Assembly (NCBI RefSeq): GCF_037042905.1
Contig: NC_087259.1
Span: 24,924,001 to 24,988,000, forward strand
Length of the DNA: 64,000 bases
Reading direction: 5' to 3'
Origin: Lytechinus pictus
Lineage: Eukaryota
Below are positions 1 to 11,020 of this stretch, in pieces. How positions within the stretch are numbered: the first letter of the stretch is position 1; each line of letters starts with the position of its first letter. The position numbers and the translations under genes were made by a program. The notes below the pieces were generated by a model. That model saw only the letters and a list, made by a program, of their open reading frames with translations, did no database searches and had not been told where the DNA came from.

Positions 1-87
1 TGGTCTGTCTATGGGTATGCTCCAGCATTTTTGAAGTAAAAACTGTAAAAGAACCCACTATGATTTTTATATTTTCATTATTTTCAG

Positions 88-224
88 ATGTACAAGTAAG
101 CATGATGAGAAGATAACTCCACTTTACCCCACAATATGAAGACATTTGGAATGAGCCGACAACAGAGATGACGGGACAATCTTCAAAGAGCTGCCATTTT
201 GAACCTGTCCTTCCATTCAATAAA
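88..224 (+). other. Possible terminal exon/3' end of an upstream plus-strand gene (outside the window)
   Basis: Polypyrimidine tract plus ttttcag acceptor ending at 87. A short open frame (CTSKHDEKITPLYPTI*, stop 137-139) and AATAAA at ~219 follow. No recognisable homology. Confidence 0.2.
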
Positions 225-883
225 ATTCCCATATACTCACTTCATACCATTCCATTCACAGCATATTTTGAACTAGAGTGAACAAATAAAACTTGGGTGC
301 ATTGCAGATATACAGTTCCCAGCTGATTAAGCCATCACACATTCATTCCATTTTCATGCAAATTTATTCACAAATATCTCTATTTTTTATTCTATGATCC
401 AATTAATAAGGTTGTATTATCACAACTACGTACCTTATTATTACATTTAATAACTCTGTTATGTATGGGATTGATTTATTCTTTCAGATTTAGATAAGAC
501 AGGTCTGCATTATTCAAACTGAAAAGCCCAGCAATTGGAAATTTAGTATGCACTAAATGTTAAATTATGGAAATGTCAATTTGGATTGGACTGGTGGTTG
601 AGATTCATATACTATTAAAGTGACAAGTAAATAAATAAAAATAAAATGCATTAAAAAATATCATGAATAAACTGATGACTGATTGGTCTATAATAAGCAT
701 TGTTTACCAACCCTTTACCTATAATAACTAGCCCTTTATCAACATGATACCTAATGGGATAATATATTTCTTCAGGTATTTTTTCATTATTTTGAAAGGA
801 ATGGAGTAGACTATATTGCATTTTTTTCTTCATTTTTCTGCAATCAAACATGCCTTATGGCAACACCTCGAGAAAAGAGGCAA

Positions 884-1066
884 TCAAACGCTTCCCATCA
901 CCCATCTGTGGTTGGCAAGGCGACGTCGCATCCGGACGATTGAGGAGTCGACACTGGCACCGGCGTGCTTGTGCCTAATATCGCCTTGGAGACGACCCTG
1001 TGCCATTTGAAGGAGACCGATATTACGACTTGTCTTGAGTAGTGATTCGTCTAGGCCGGCAGCACC
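884..1066 (-). CDS. CCDC105: Tektin-like protein 1 / CCDC105, exon 5 (last coding exon; GAAGLDESLL...VDSSIVRMRRRLANHRWVMGSV*)
   Basis: Acceptor ttcttcag at 1067, 61 codons to TGA at 886-884, phase 0 with exon 4. The C-terminus resembles the CCDC105 'VD..VVRLR' end. Confidence 0.88.
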   Translation of the reverse strand, partial: GAAGLDESLLKTSRNIGLLQMAQGRLQGDIRHKHAGASVDSSIVRMRRRLANHRWVMGSV

Positions 1067-1561
1067 CTGAAGAATCGGTAGGAAACAGCGAGGAACAAAT
1101 TAATATCAAATGCAACCTTAGAGTTTTGTAGATCAAGGAGGGAGGGTGCTTCTGTATAAAGTTTCTCAAGGACTATACAATTAGGAATGTGTTTTGAGAG
1201 GGGTTTGGTGTTGACATGTGATGATAAGAATTGGGGCTTGTGTTAGGTTGAGATATTAAGGTTAATATGTGGCTGAATAGGCAAGTTTTCTATCAATGGG
1301 ACCAATGGTCATACTGGAGCAAAGATCAGCTTTTACATACAAGCTGATTTCAAGTATGGTGTCTGTGTCAGAGTTGTAAATCTGACTGCTGAACAGTGCA
1401 CTGATTTTTGGATTTTAATGACAACATTTACTTCATTAGTGTAACTCCAGGTGATACCCATCCAAACACAAGGTTCATTCAATGTTGGGAGTTGTGGTTG
1501 GTGCATGCTTTAACCCAAATACCAAAATCAGATCACCCATTGACTTATCACACGTACTTAC

Positions 1562-1771
1562 CTTGATAATATCTTGTGCTTCTGGTAGGTTGGTGCCCGG
1601 ATGTCGCTGGTAGACCCGGACCAGAGGACGGGTTAGTTTCTCCCTGGTCTCCAAGTCAGACTGCATCTCAGGTCCAATGGTGTAGCCTAGGGCCTTCTCT
1701 GTAGAGTCATACCAACGCTGGGCACGATGGATGGAATGACGGTTCTCACCAGCCGCTACAGTCAGATGTTG
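1562..1771 (-). CDS. CCDC105: CCDC105 exon 4 (QHLTVAAGEN...PLVRVYQRHPGTNLPEAQDIIK)
   Basis: ttttag acceptor and AAG|gtaagt donor, 70 codons. PLVRVYQRHPGTNLPEA matches the conserved CCDC105 motif PLVRMYQRHVGTQLPEA (recalled from the human protein). Confidence 0.9.
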
Positions 1772-2026
1772 CTAAAATTGGAAAGAAGACAGAAAAAAAA
1801 TGTTGAACGTTCGAAAGTTTGGATCGGCAAGGTAGTACTCTCGATAATGTCAAAACATAACATCAATGTAAGATTAGAAATAAAGTATATCCCGAGGTCC
1901 GAATTGTCCCGACCCCATATCAATGTATCTTATTTCATTCTCTTGAAAGTATATTAGGATGTGACAAACATTGACAAAACAAAAGAATTCAAGGTAGGTA
2001 TTTTATTGAATGATAAACCAATGTAC

Positions 2027-2485
2027 CTTCAGTGTGACAGTTTCGGCAACCTTCTGATTAAGACTACCATTAACAGCCCTGTGTGCAGCCTGCTGCAACT
2101 GCTGAGTATTCTCAATGGCATCACGGATTTCCTTGCGGAGGACTTGTGAGCGCTGGCGTGCTTCCCTGGCCTGAGCAATAGAAGCAGCTGCTTCTGGGGT
2201 GAACGGGCCTAAGGGATCTGGAGGGGGTGTATTGGAGCCGTTTCGTTCCTCTCCATCAGGAGGCGACGTTCTCGCACCAAGCAACTCTGAAACATTCAGG
2301 TTGATCTGACGAGTGTAGCCTGTCCCATTGCCACCAAAGGTCATAGTCTTCTCTTGACGGGAGATGCGTCCACTGTTACGAGAAGCACGCCCGTTGACAG
2401 AGGAGACGGCATGGCAAAGTAGGTCTAGGACCCTGTTTCTTTCTTGGATGACAGCACTAAGTCGCTTCCTGCACTGATCTAGGAC
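2027..2485 (-). CDS. CCDC105: CCDC105 exon 3 (VLDQCRKRLSAVIQER...QKVAETVTLK)
   Basis: ttcag acceptor and AAG|gtacat donor, 153 codons within ORF 2003..2509. Coiled-coil segments flank a DPLGPFTPE loop. Confidence 0.9.
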
Positions 2486-2796
2486 CTGAAATAGAAATAC
2501 ATATATCACAATGTAAACATTGTTTTCAAATATTTTGCTAAGAAAAGAATAGCATTTCTAAAGTTTTGAATTAAATAAAAAATTTGGTGTGCCACTATTT
2601 GCAGATGCTGAGATCAAGTGCAAAATAATAGATGCAAATAGTTGTTCAACCAACCATGAAATCCGCTTAATTCAGAATTCTGAACTATGCCACTCCTAAA
2701 TGAATAATAACCCTAAAAGATTTCAGAAGAGAAGGGTTTCATAAAAATATTCATAAATAAATAAAAATAATGATTTATTAAAGATTCACCACATAC

Positions 2797-2901
2797 CTGA
2801 AGTTGTTTTTGAACTGAGCGTAGTTGCAATTCTAGAGCCTTTTTAAGTTGATGGAGATGTCGGAATTCTTTCTCCACTACGTCATCTGCACCATCTCTTC
2901 C
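2797..2901 (-). CDS. CCDC105: CCDC105 exon 2 (GRDGADDVVEKEFRHL...VQKQLQ)
   Basis: ttacag acceptor and CAG|gtatgt donor, 35 codons. Continues the tektin-like R-P-x-x-E...D loop from exon 1. Confidence 0.88.
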
Positions 2902-4443
2902 CTGTAAATTTGAAATGGAGACAGAAAAGGAAAAAATAGACAAATACATATTTAGGACTTTTTCCAAAAAATATTATGAAAGAGAAAGTTTACAACAAAA
3001 ATACTAAGGGGGAAACACATGTAAAGCCTTTTTGTATGGTCTTTGCTAAAAAATTAGTAATCTACTGTGGATAAATCTATGTTTTAGGACATCTTTATGT
3101 TAATCAGTAATAAGAGCTGAGGTAAGTTAACTTCTCAAAAGAAAAAAAAATTACCATTGTTAGCAGGTTCCATTTAAGACATATTGCAAATAGAAGAAAA
3201 AAAAAGAAAATAAATTTTCATGTGTGCACTTCATTCATTATTATGAAACTGCAAAGTTGCTAACAATCTTGTGGCAAAGAATTAATCATTGTATGCTTAT
3301 GGTATATTTTGGTTTACCATCCTTTACTGTTATGTTTTCGCTGTTACTGAATATACATGATAATCACTAAATGTGCAATTAGCAACTACACAAGTTACTT
3401 AGAGGTTGCCATGCCAAAGACCCATGTCTATTTGCTTTTCTTTACAGAATGCAAGCCAACTCCTTTGTTTATTTAAAAAGAAACCCCATGAAGTCAGTAT
3501 AACGAACAAACAATAGGGAGTTGGTACACCAAGAAAAGCTCTCCTTACACACTTTAGGGTCCAAACAATGGCCAAGCTTTTTGCATACAATTACTATGTA
3601 ACCAAAGGTAGTTTTACACACACAAAAATATTTAAGAAAAAAAAGGTAATTTAAAGAAGAAGTCCAGTAAGATGTTCAGATACAGAGTCCTCCCCTAATG
3701 ATGTATCATAAATGGGGTGTGTGAGCTGGAAGAATATATTGAAAAATATATTGACTGAGGGTGATATTGACTTAGGTCTACATTATTTACATTCATTTCT
3801 AAATAAAATGAAGAAACATTGCTTGCAAAATAAAATGCAAAGCTCTTAAAATTGCAGACTTGTCCAGTTATCAAAATGAACTGTACTACAGTACGACAAT
3901 ACGCCAGACGGTGGCCTGTACTTATAGAGAAGAAGAAGAACTGGGTATACCAGGACAAGAACACGATTTTAAGAGGTCAATAGTAAACAATTAACCCATA
4001 CGGTATACAAGTAACTTCGAAATTTACTATTAAATTATAGTGGATTTAGTGCTATTTGTAATGTTATTGAAACAGAACATTAAGCAAAATGTGATGTTTT
4101 TAACTTGGACGTCTGGATGACTTCATTTATTTCTTATTTCAGATTTATTTCATCCCAGTACCTGATCAACACATCAATCCTTATTGACTGCAACTTATCG
4201 CTAACCTCCAAAGAGTGGAGGATCAAAACAGAGAGAGATTAGACAACATAGACTACATTTAGATTTACAAATGAAACTAAAAAGATTGAACTCATTTGGC
4301 CTTGAACTTGGGACGAGAGAGTCTCTAGAGTCTAGTTACAAAAAAAGGTATAAGTTAGTAGTTAGGACTGTTACTAGACCTCCTGACCCTAGTTGAGTTT
4401 TATCATCATTTTTATTTAAAACAATACGTTCTTAATAGATTAC

Positions 4444-4839
4444 CCTTTCTCTTGACGGTCTTGTGCTTCTGATTTCTGTGCTCATCTTATTGAGTGCAAT
4501 GTCTTTTCGAATGTGTTCCAGTTTCTTTTCCAGCGCCTCCTTCCCGCGTAATAAACTTTTGACTTCCTCATTGGTTTCAAGAAAACTGTCCCGAAGTTTG
4601 ACAAGTGATATTCTGCATTCCCTGACATACTGGTGAACGACTGTATTACTTTGCTGAGCACAATTATCTCGAAGGGATGGCAAGGCATCGAAAGAACGTC
4701 CGGCTTCTTGGCCCGTGTCTGTTTTTTCCACAGCCGCTTGTGAAATTTTAATCTCATTCACCGTAGCATCGCTCCAGCTTTGTGGGCCGACCGTCGCCGT
4801 GGCAAGGGGCATTTGGGTACGAGTGCGAGTGGACATCAT
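4444..4839 (-). CDS. CCDC105: CCDC105 exon 1 (MMSTRTRTQMPLATATVGPQSW...RSTRPSRER)
   Basis: ORF 4432..4839 with donor AGG|gtaatc at 4443, 132 codons. Coiled coil ending in a tektin-like RPxRE signature. The joined CDS is 451 codons with no frameshift. Confidence 0.88.
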
Positions 4840-5010
4840 CTTGAAAAATACGTGTATTTACACCTCCATTTCATAAATAAATACTCCTTTATAATACACC
4901 AAGTATCCAGTTATTTGACGATGATATTCTCTTTTTTTCTGATGATGGGTTGTCGCAGGAGTGGGTGTTCTTCTCCCGCGTGTAGGTAGCTAGAACAATC
5001 ACAGGTGCTT

Positions 5011-5210
5011 GGTTGCGTGAACATGCATGGGGCGATGGTCAATAGCAGCCGGCGTCTGTTGCTAGATTGTGTTGTCATGGGATCCCCTCGAACCGGTTAT
5101 GCGTGTCCGATGTCAATAGAAAACGTCACTGGACTCTTTTGAGAGCGCTATTGTGATTGGTGTACTGACAACAAGTTCTCGCAACAGGTGCACTGTCGCC
5201 CCGCCCCTCA
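5011..5210 (-). promoter_or_regulatory. Putative CCDC105 promoter: RFX X-box-like sites, CCAAT box, GC box
   Basis: CpG-richer patch 170-370 bp upstream of the ATG. GTTGTCATGGGATC (5071-5084) resembles the X-box GTTGCCATGGCAAC; GTTGCTAG half-site at ~5058; ATTGG at 5156-5160; CCGCCC at ~5201. Confidence 0.5.
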
Positions 5211-6349
5211 AATCCTAAATTACCTCGATCTGTTTTGGTAATAATTGTTCAATTACACATAATTTATAATTCCTCAAGATATTGAATAACCAACCTTGAT
5301 TACAATCATGGATATTTAATCCATCATGATTGTAACGAGGATGTATAAAACAATAACAACAACATGAAAAATGATTGAGAAACCTTCGAGTCATGCGAAT
5401 AGCAGCTATTCAATGTATATCAAGGTCACATTTCTGAACTGTAAGGACAGGCATAGATACATTGCGAACTAACTAAGTAGTTAGTAAAATACATTGTATT
5501 TATGGACATTTGAATGAATATACTAAATAAACAAATTGAAAAAAAATGTTGAATTAATGTTTGAAAATAAGAAAGGAAGAGATGAATGAAAGAAATATAT
5601 ATAATTATATATACAGTATATACATTACATGTATTAGAAAGAAAGTGGTTCGGGAATAAAAAAAAAAAAAAAAAAAAATTATAGTCTTTTTAGAGACATG
5701 AAAAATAATTGAAAGAACTTACGAACGAACGCAAGAAAGAATAGATGAGTGTATAAAGAAAAAACCTCATGAAAATAAAACAAAATGTGAGAAAGAAGAA
5801 TAAGGGAAAGAAGAAATGGAGACATCGACGATGAATAAAAAGAGGCGACACAAAGATTTGTTTAACAAAGATATATTTCGATGATATTAAGAAATAATGA
5901 GAGGAACAGTAGGCCCACTTGGTAACCTCGTGAGGACTAGCAAAACAAATCATAATAAACAAATCAAAGAACAAGAAAAAAAATGCTCATCAGAATTGCC
6001 GGAATCACTTTCCCGTCTAAAATGTTGACAACTAAAAAAAGGGGGAAAATAAAAAAAAAAGGTTAGAGGAAGAAGAGGTCGAAGCCGCCATCAAAATTCT
6101 GACACCCCCAAGAATCTTTATCAAAATTATGTCGGGGGGGGGGGGACTTTACCCCCGTATTGTGTGCTAGTGGGAGGCACTGTGTGGACGGCATACGAAT
6201 GTTTTTATGATTTTCCAATAGTGATAGAAGTGGGCAAAAGAGAAGGAAAATGAAAAGAAAGGGCATAGGAGTGATAAGAAGAGACACTCTTTGTATAACT
6301 CCATGAATCCATGAGACTCTATAATTCAATTGAGAAATTGCGTCTTTAA

Positions 6350-7210
6350 AGGTCAAGTCCATCCCAGAAATTTTTTTATTTGAATAAATAAAGAAAAGTG
6401 TGGAGCGTTGTGGCCCAGTGAATCAGTCTCCGGACTTTGAAACAGAGGGTCGTGGGTTCGAATCCCAGCCATGGCGTAATTTCCTTCAGCAAGAAACTGA
6501 TCCACAATGTGCTGCACTCAACCCAGGTGAGGTAAATGGGTACCGGTAGGAAGTAATTCCTTAAAAAGCTGTGTGCGCTATGAACGCCTAGCTTAGCCGG
6601 GTAATATAGGAGCGCCTTGAGCACCTAACAAGGTGGATATGTGCGCAATATAAATACCCTATATTATTATTATTATTATTAAATATAGCATTATAAATTT
6701 CACCAAAACATGTTAAATAAGAAAGTTATGGCATTTAAAGTTTCGCTTATTTTTCACAAAACAGTTATATGCACAGCTCAGTAACATGCAAATGAGTCAA
6801 TCACTCACTATTTATTTTGTTTTTTTATTGTTTGAATTATACAATAGGCTTATTTCATTTTTACACATTTGACAAAATAAGGACCAACTTTACTGAAACA
6901 TATCCCGAAACATATAGTATCAAGCAATGCTAGTTCCACATGTCCAGGGAGGAATTAATCGTTGTTTCACTTGGCAATGAGGAGATTATAATATTTCATG
7001 TTTCATATAATAAAATACAAAATAAATAGTGAGTGGATGATGTCATCAGTCTCCTCATTTGCATACTGACCAGGATGTGCAATAAACTGTTTTGTGAAAT
7101 TTACTTTCTTATTTTTCATCCGATTTTGATGAAATTGTCAGTGCTATACTTGTTGGATTTTTGTTTCTTCATAGTGTTCAAATCAACTTTTTCTTGGGGT
7201 GGACTTTCCT
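6350..7210. mobile_element. Non-autonomous TTAA-target DNA transposon (AGGTCAAGTCCA... family, Kolobok-like), interrupted by a SINE
   Basis: TTAA|AGGTCAAGTCCATCCCAG at the left end and a degraded TGGGGTGGACTT..CCT right end. Internal arms match the copies at 21349, 24042, 33901, 49051 and 52874. Confidence 0.8.
6402..6680 (+). mobile_element. tRNA-derived SINE (SINE2) with (ATT)n tail
   Basis: Pol III A box TGGCCCAGTG (6411) and B box GGTTCGAATCC (6455-6465), with a CTTTGAA anticodon-like loop. Central GCACTCAACCCAGGTG..GTAAATGGGTACC block, LINE-like 3' tail ending in (ATT)n. Confidence 0.85.
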
Positions 7211-7401
7211 CTATCTAAACGGCTAATCCCCAGTCCTCGCCGCCGGTTTATGTTCATCGAGTCCATAACAGACCAGACAAGCTGAAGTTATCTCCTGTTT
7301 TCGTATATTCGTCACGCCCTATTGCCCTCGGTTCACCGCTCCGCCTCACGGCAGATATACATGTACACTCCCATTTCCAGTTTTTCGGTTTCCCTCCGGG
7401 G

Positions 7402-7553
7402 CAGGGGCCGCGGAACGGTTTTCAAAGTGGGGGGGGGGGGGCTGACCATGCAAAAAATCACAATCATATGGTAATTTTTACGTTTTCGTACACGGTTTTG
7501 GAAAAAAAGTGGGGGGGGGGGGGGGCTGAAGCCCCCCGCTTCCGCGGCCCCTG
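7402..7553. mobile_element. ~150-bp MITE with CAGGGGCCGCGGAA TIRs and a 5-bp TSD (CGGGG)
   Basis: TIRs CAGGGGCCGCGGAA / TTCCGCGGCCCCTG, with CGGGG at 7397-7401 and 7554-7558. A near-identical copy lies at 49227-49385. Confidence 0.88.
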
Positions 7554-7822
7554 CGGGGATCTCATCATACCTAGATAATGTTTATAAAGAAGACAAATTA
7601 CAACAACCAAAACAAAAATAAATCGTTATAGTGTCTTTAAATTAAATTAAATGTCTTTGCCATCCTCCCACTCAAGGAGTTGAAATCAATCTGGAGAATA
7701 AATTTCGTCGCTGGATATCGTTGACGATCGCGCCTCTGACTATATAGTGTTACAATAAATGACTTAGCGCCGACCCTGTCAATGCAAACAGTGATCATTG
7801 CAGTGATCAAGAGAAAATGGGT

Positions 7823-8440
7823 TGCTGCTGTTGTTATTGATAATGATGATGACGATGAATGATGATGATGACAAATGTTAAATTGATGAAGATGATGATG
7901 ATGGTGTTGTTGATGATGACGATGATGGTGATGATGATGGTAATGACGATGATGATGATGATGATGATAATTGATGATGACGAGGATGATGATGATAATG
8001 ATGCCAGATGATGGTGGTGACGGTGGCGATGAATATGATGAATTGAAATGACGACGATGATGATGATAATGATGATGATGCCAGATGATGGTGGTGACGG
8101 TGGCGATGAATATGATGAATTGAAATGACGACGATGATGATGATAATGATGATGCTAGATGATGGTGGTGATGGTGATGATGAATTGATTATGACGATGA
8201 TGATACTATGATTATTTTGATGATGATGATGATGATCATCATCATCATCATGATTGTGATTGTGGTGAATTGATTTACGATTATAATGACTACGATGGTG
8301 ATGGATAATGTAATGATACTGATCAAAATAATATTGATGATAATGGCGCTACAATTATGGTGATGATTGATGTTGATTTTCATGATGATGGAATTGGCGG
8401 TGATGCTCCTGGTACTGACATTACTTCTAATGATGATGAC
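7823..8440. repeat. Degenerate (GAT)n microsatellite with an internal ~70-bp tandem duplication
   Basis: Long GATGAT/GGTGAT runs. The block 'gccagatgatggtggtgacggtggcgatgaatatgatgaattgaaatgacgacg' occurs twice (~8003 and ~8080). Confidence 0.95.
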
Positions 8441-8584
8441 ATATTCATTTTGGTCTATAAGCAGATGGTCCAATTAACACACCGCCAAACACATCATGGC
8501 TCGTCGTAAGCAAACTTGGTCTAGCTATATTGTTTTGGTCTTATTACGGTTCGATCCAAGGCTCGATCCAAGGCTTGGTCTAAT

Positions 8585-10082
8585 CACTGGCGTAAATCCG
8601 TGTTGATGGGTGGGGGGATGACTGAAATATTTTGGCATTTTTTTTGCAATCATGTTTTTAGATATGCAAGGAATTGCCATTGACATGTCCACAGTGGCGT
8701 ACCGTGGGTCACGGCATTGGGGGGGGGGGGCACCAGCAAAAATTTTGAATCACTGAGTGAGTGCGCTAGTGAGCGCGCGAAGCGCGCTCAGTTGCCAGTT
8801 ATACTGACCTAATAGAGACATTTTAAGGACAATGTCATTAAACTGATATGTATCTCACTGATCAAATAATGCGAGCGCGAAGCGCGAGCTGAATTTTTTT
8901 TATATTCACACCTAAAAAGGGACATTATAATCAAATTTGTGTAATCATGATAGGTACCTGTCTCGCTAAACAATGCGAGCGCGAAGCGCGAGCTGAAAAT
9001 TTGGATAATTCAGACCTGAAGTGGGGCATTCTAAGGTTTTTTTGTAAGAATTAACTAGGACCATACGTATTTCATTAACCAAATGATGCGAGCGCGAAGC
9101 GCGAGCTGAAAATTTTTGATATTCAGATCAGAAGGGACATTTTAAGGACTGATTTTAGGAATTTATGAAAAGCAGACATATCTCACCAATCCACTAATGC
9201 GAACGTAACCACGGACAGGAAATGTTTCATATATACGAAGACCTTAACATGGGGCAATCACTTTTTGAGTCGTGAAAAACAAGCATATGTCACTACATAA
9301 AACAATGATAACTCAAGTGCTAGGAAATATATTTGGTTTATATTGACTTGAAAACGGGATGTTTTAGTACAACAGGATTATATATCACGTTAAACAGACA
9401 ATGCGAGCACCAGGAACAATGAAGACGTAGGCCCTGAGCAAATTATGTTTCATAAAGTTATGATAAATATGTTTCTTATGTAATGTAACATAACATAATT
9501 ATAATATAATATAACATTATAATGAATAATATTTTCTTCTTTCCCACTACGTTTCTCTTCCTTTCTCCCTCTTTTCTCCTTTTCCCCTTTCCCCGTTTTT
9601 TTTTTGTCAGCCGATGGGGGGGGGGGATGTGCCCCCCACGCCCCCCGTAGTTACGCCACTGTATGTCCATATGGCAAATACCCCTCCAATATTATTATCT
9701 TTTTTACCCCATGATGGTTTGATGGTTTTATTAGAGATTACATTCAAAATTTGTTGACATTCCATCTTAATCCCTTCCCAAAGACCCCAACATTGATGAA
9801 TTGGAAGAAACGGGGGTTTCTCTTCAATGTTATAATAAGAACATAAGTATTTCGTTTGGAAATGGTGAACTGGCTCTTTATTTGCATTTTATGATTCAAT
9901 AATATTGTTTTATTTGTTAAGCGGTATTTTAGGAAGAATTTTTACCAATAAAACAATTATCTCTTGTGATTTTTTTCATTTCTTTCGTAAAAAGTGGGGG
10001 GATGTTTGTACAGGCCATCCCCCCCCCCCTCCTCGAAAAGTGGGGGGATATATCCCCCCATCCCCCCGGGTTTACGCCAGTG
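8585..10082. mobile_element. Non-autonomous hAT-like element (outer), TIR CACTGGCGTAAA, perfect 8-bp TSD GGTCTAAT
   Basis: CACTGGCGTAAATCCG ... CGGGTTTACGCCAGTG, with GGTCTAAT at 8577-8584 and 10083-10090. Confidence 0.88.
8692..9661. mobile_element. Non-autonomous hAT-like element (inner, nested), TIR CAGTGGCGTA, with internal GCGAGCGCGAAGCGCGAG repeats
   Basis: CAGTGGCGTA ... TACGCCACTG with an 8-bp TSD CATGTCCA/TATGTCCA (1 mismatch). The GCGAGCGCGAAGCGCGAGCTG motif recurs about every 105 bp (~8771, 8871, 8975, 9088). Confidence 0.85.
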
Positions 10083-11020
10083 GGTCTAATACTCTAAGGA
10101 TTAGCCTTATGCCTGGATGATCCAATTCCACTTCATCTACTTGGGCCTATTATTTTGTACTTTTTCAAATGAAAATTTGGTTCATAAATAATTCGCCTAA
10201 TCATAATAAATGTATACTAATCGGTGTTTGAAAATGTGGACATTGGAAGGGATTGGAAGAAGTCTTATTACCTGAAATAAGACAAAGTACTGTATATTAA
10301 TTGGTGTTTGAAAAGGTGGACTTTGGAAGAAGCCTTACTTGAAAGAAGACAAAATATGGACTTAGACCGAACTTGGGTTTGGAGATCGACTGGTTGTCAA
10401 GCGTCAAGCGAATTATTCCAAGAAGGATGTGATCGAATAGAAATAAGCAAAATGGTCACTGTATAAACCAAGTGGCAAGTTGGTTTTGCATCATAAGTTT
10501 GATCGGAATGAAGTATATAGCCCCGGTAATATATAGCACAGCACCATTGCTGAAGAGAAGGTTGACAGACCATTAAAATGATGGAATGAACATTTAGGGT
10601 CTTGGTGGTTTTAAGAAATTGAAATTGGACGCTTATTTCAGTTTCCCAGTACCAACGTGCTACCACTGACCACCTGTACAGTGCAAAGTCGTTTCGACGC
10701 ACTCAAGCGGGTACCACTTGTGCGCTGTGTGTGCCGCTCTTCTCCTCCGTAACATTTGAATGAATGTAGAAGAACTGGATAGTGAATATAGTCAATCAAT
10801 ATTTTGTATGTGTTTGCATCGCTTGTCTCATCACAGAGCAGTATACCATTACAACTGGTAATACCAGTGCAGGTTGAACGTCGTTTGAATTACTCTTAAT
10901 CATTCTTAGCCATGTTTACCGGCAAAAGACAGAGATGACAATTGTTTCATGGATTGAAAGTATTTTTTGTGAGTTTCGGTGACACACTTTGCGAATATAT
11001 AGATGAAATTCACCGACAAT

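Noticed and set aside
6402-6475. tRNA-Gln(TTG)-like gene
   Set aside because: It continues into a SINE body and (ATT)n tail with imperfect stems and no T-run terminator, so it is a SINE head rather than a functional tRNA.
7215-7396. Possible enhancer with Otx-like (TAATCC) and IRF-like (TTTCGGTTTCC) sites
   Set aside because: Short motifs expected by chance and sandwiched between transposons, with no supporting evidence.
8189-8473. Ile/His/Met-rich 94-aa ORF (also 60444-60755)
   Set aside because: Translations of (GAT)n and (GGT)n microsatellites.
8770-9110. Regularly spaced GCGAGCGCGAAGCGCGAGCTG repeats resembling a CRISPR array
   Set aside because: Eukaryotic context, no cas genes, spacers are mutually similar, and the array is inside a TIR/TSD-bounded transposon.
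4840-11020. Shared bidirectional promoter for CCDC105 and the taperin-like gene
   Set aside because: The starts are ~6.2 kb apart, separated by transposons, and each gene has its own proximal promoter-like patch.
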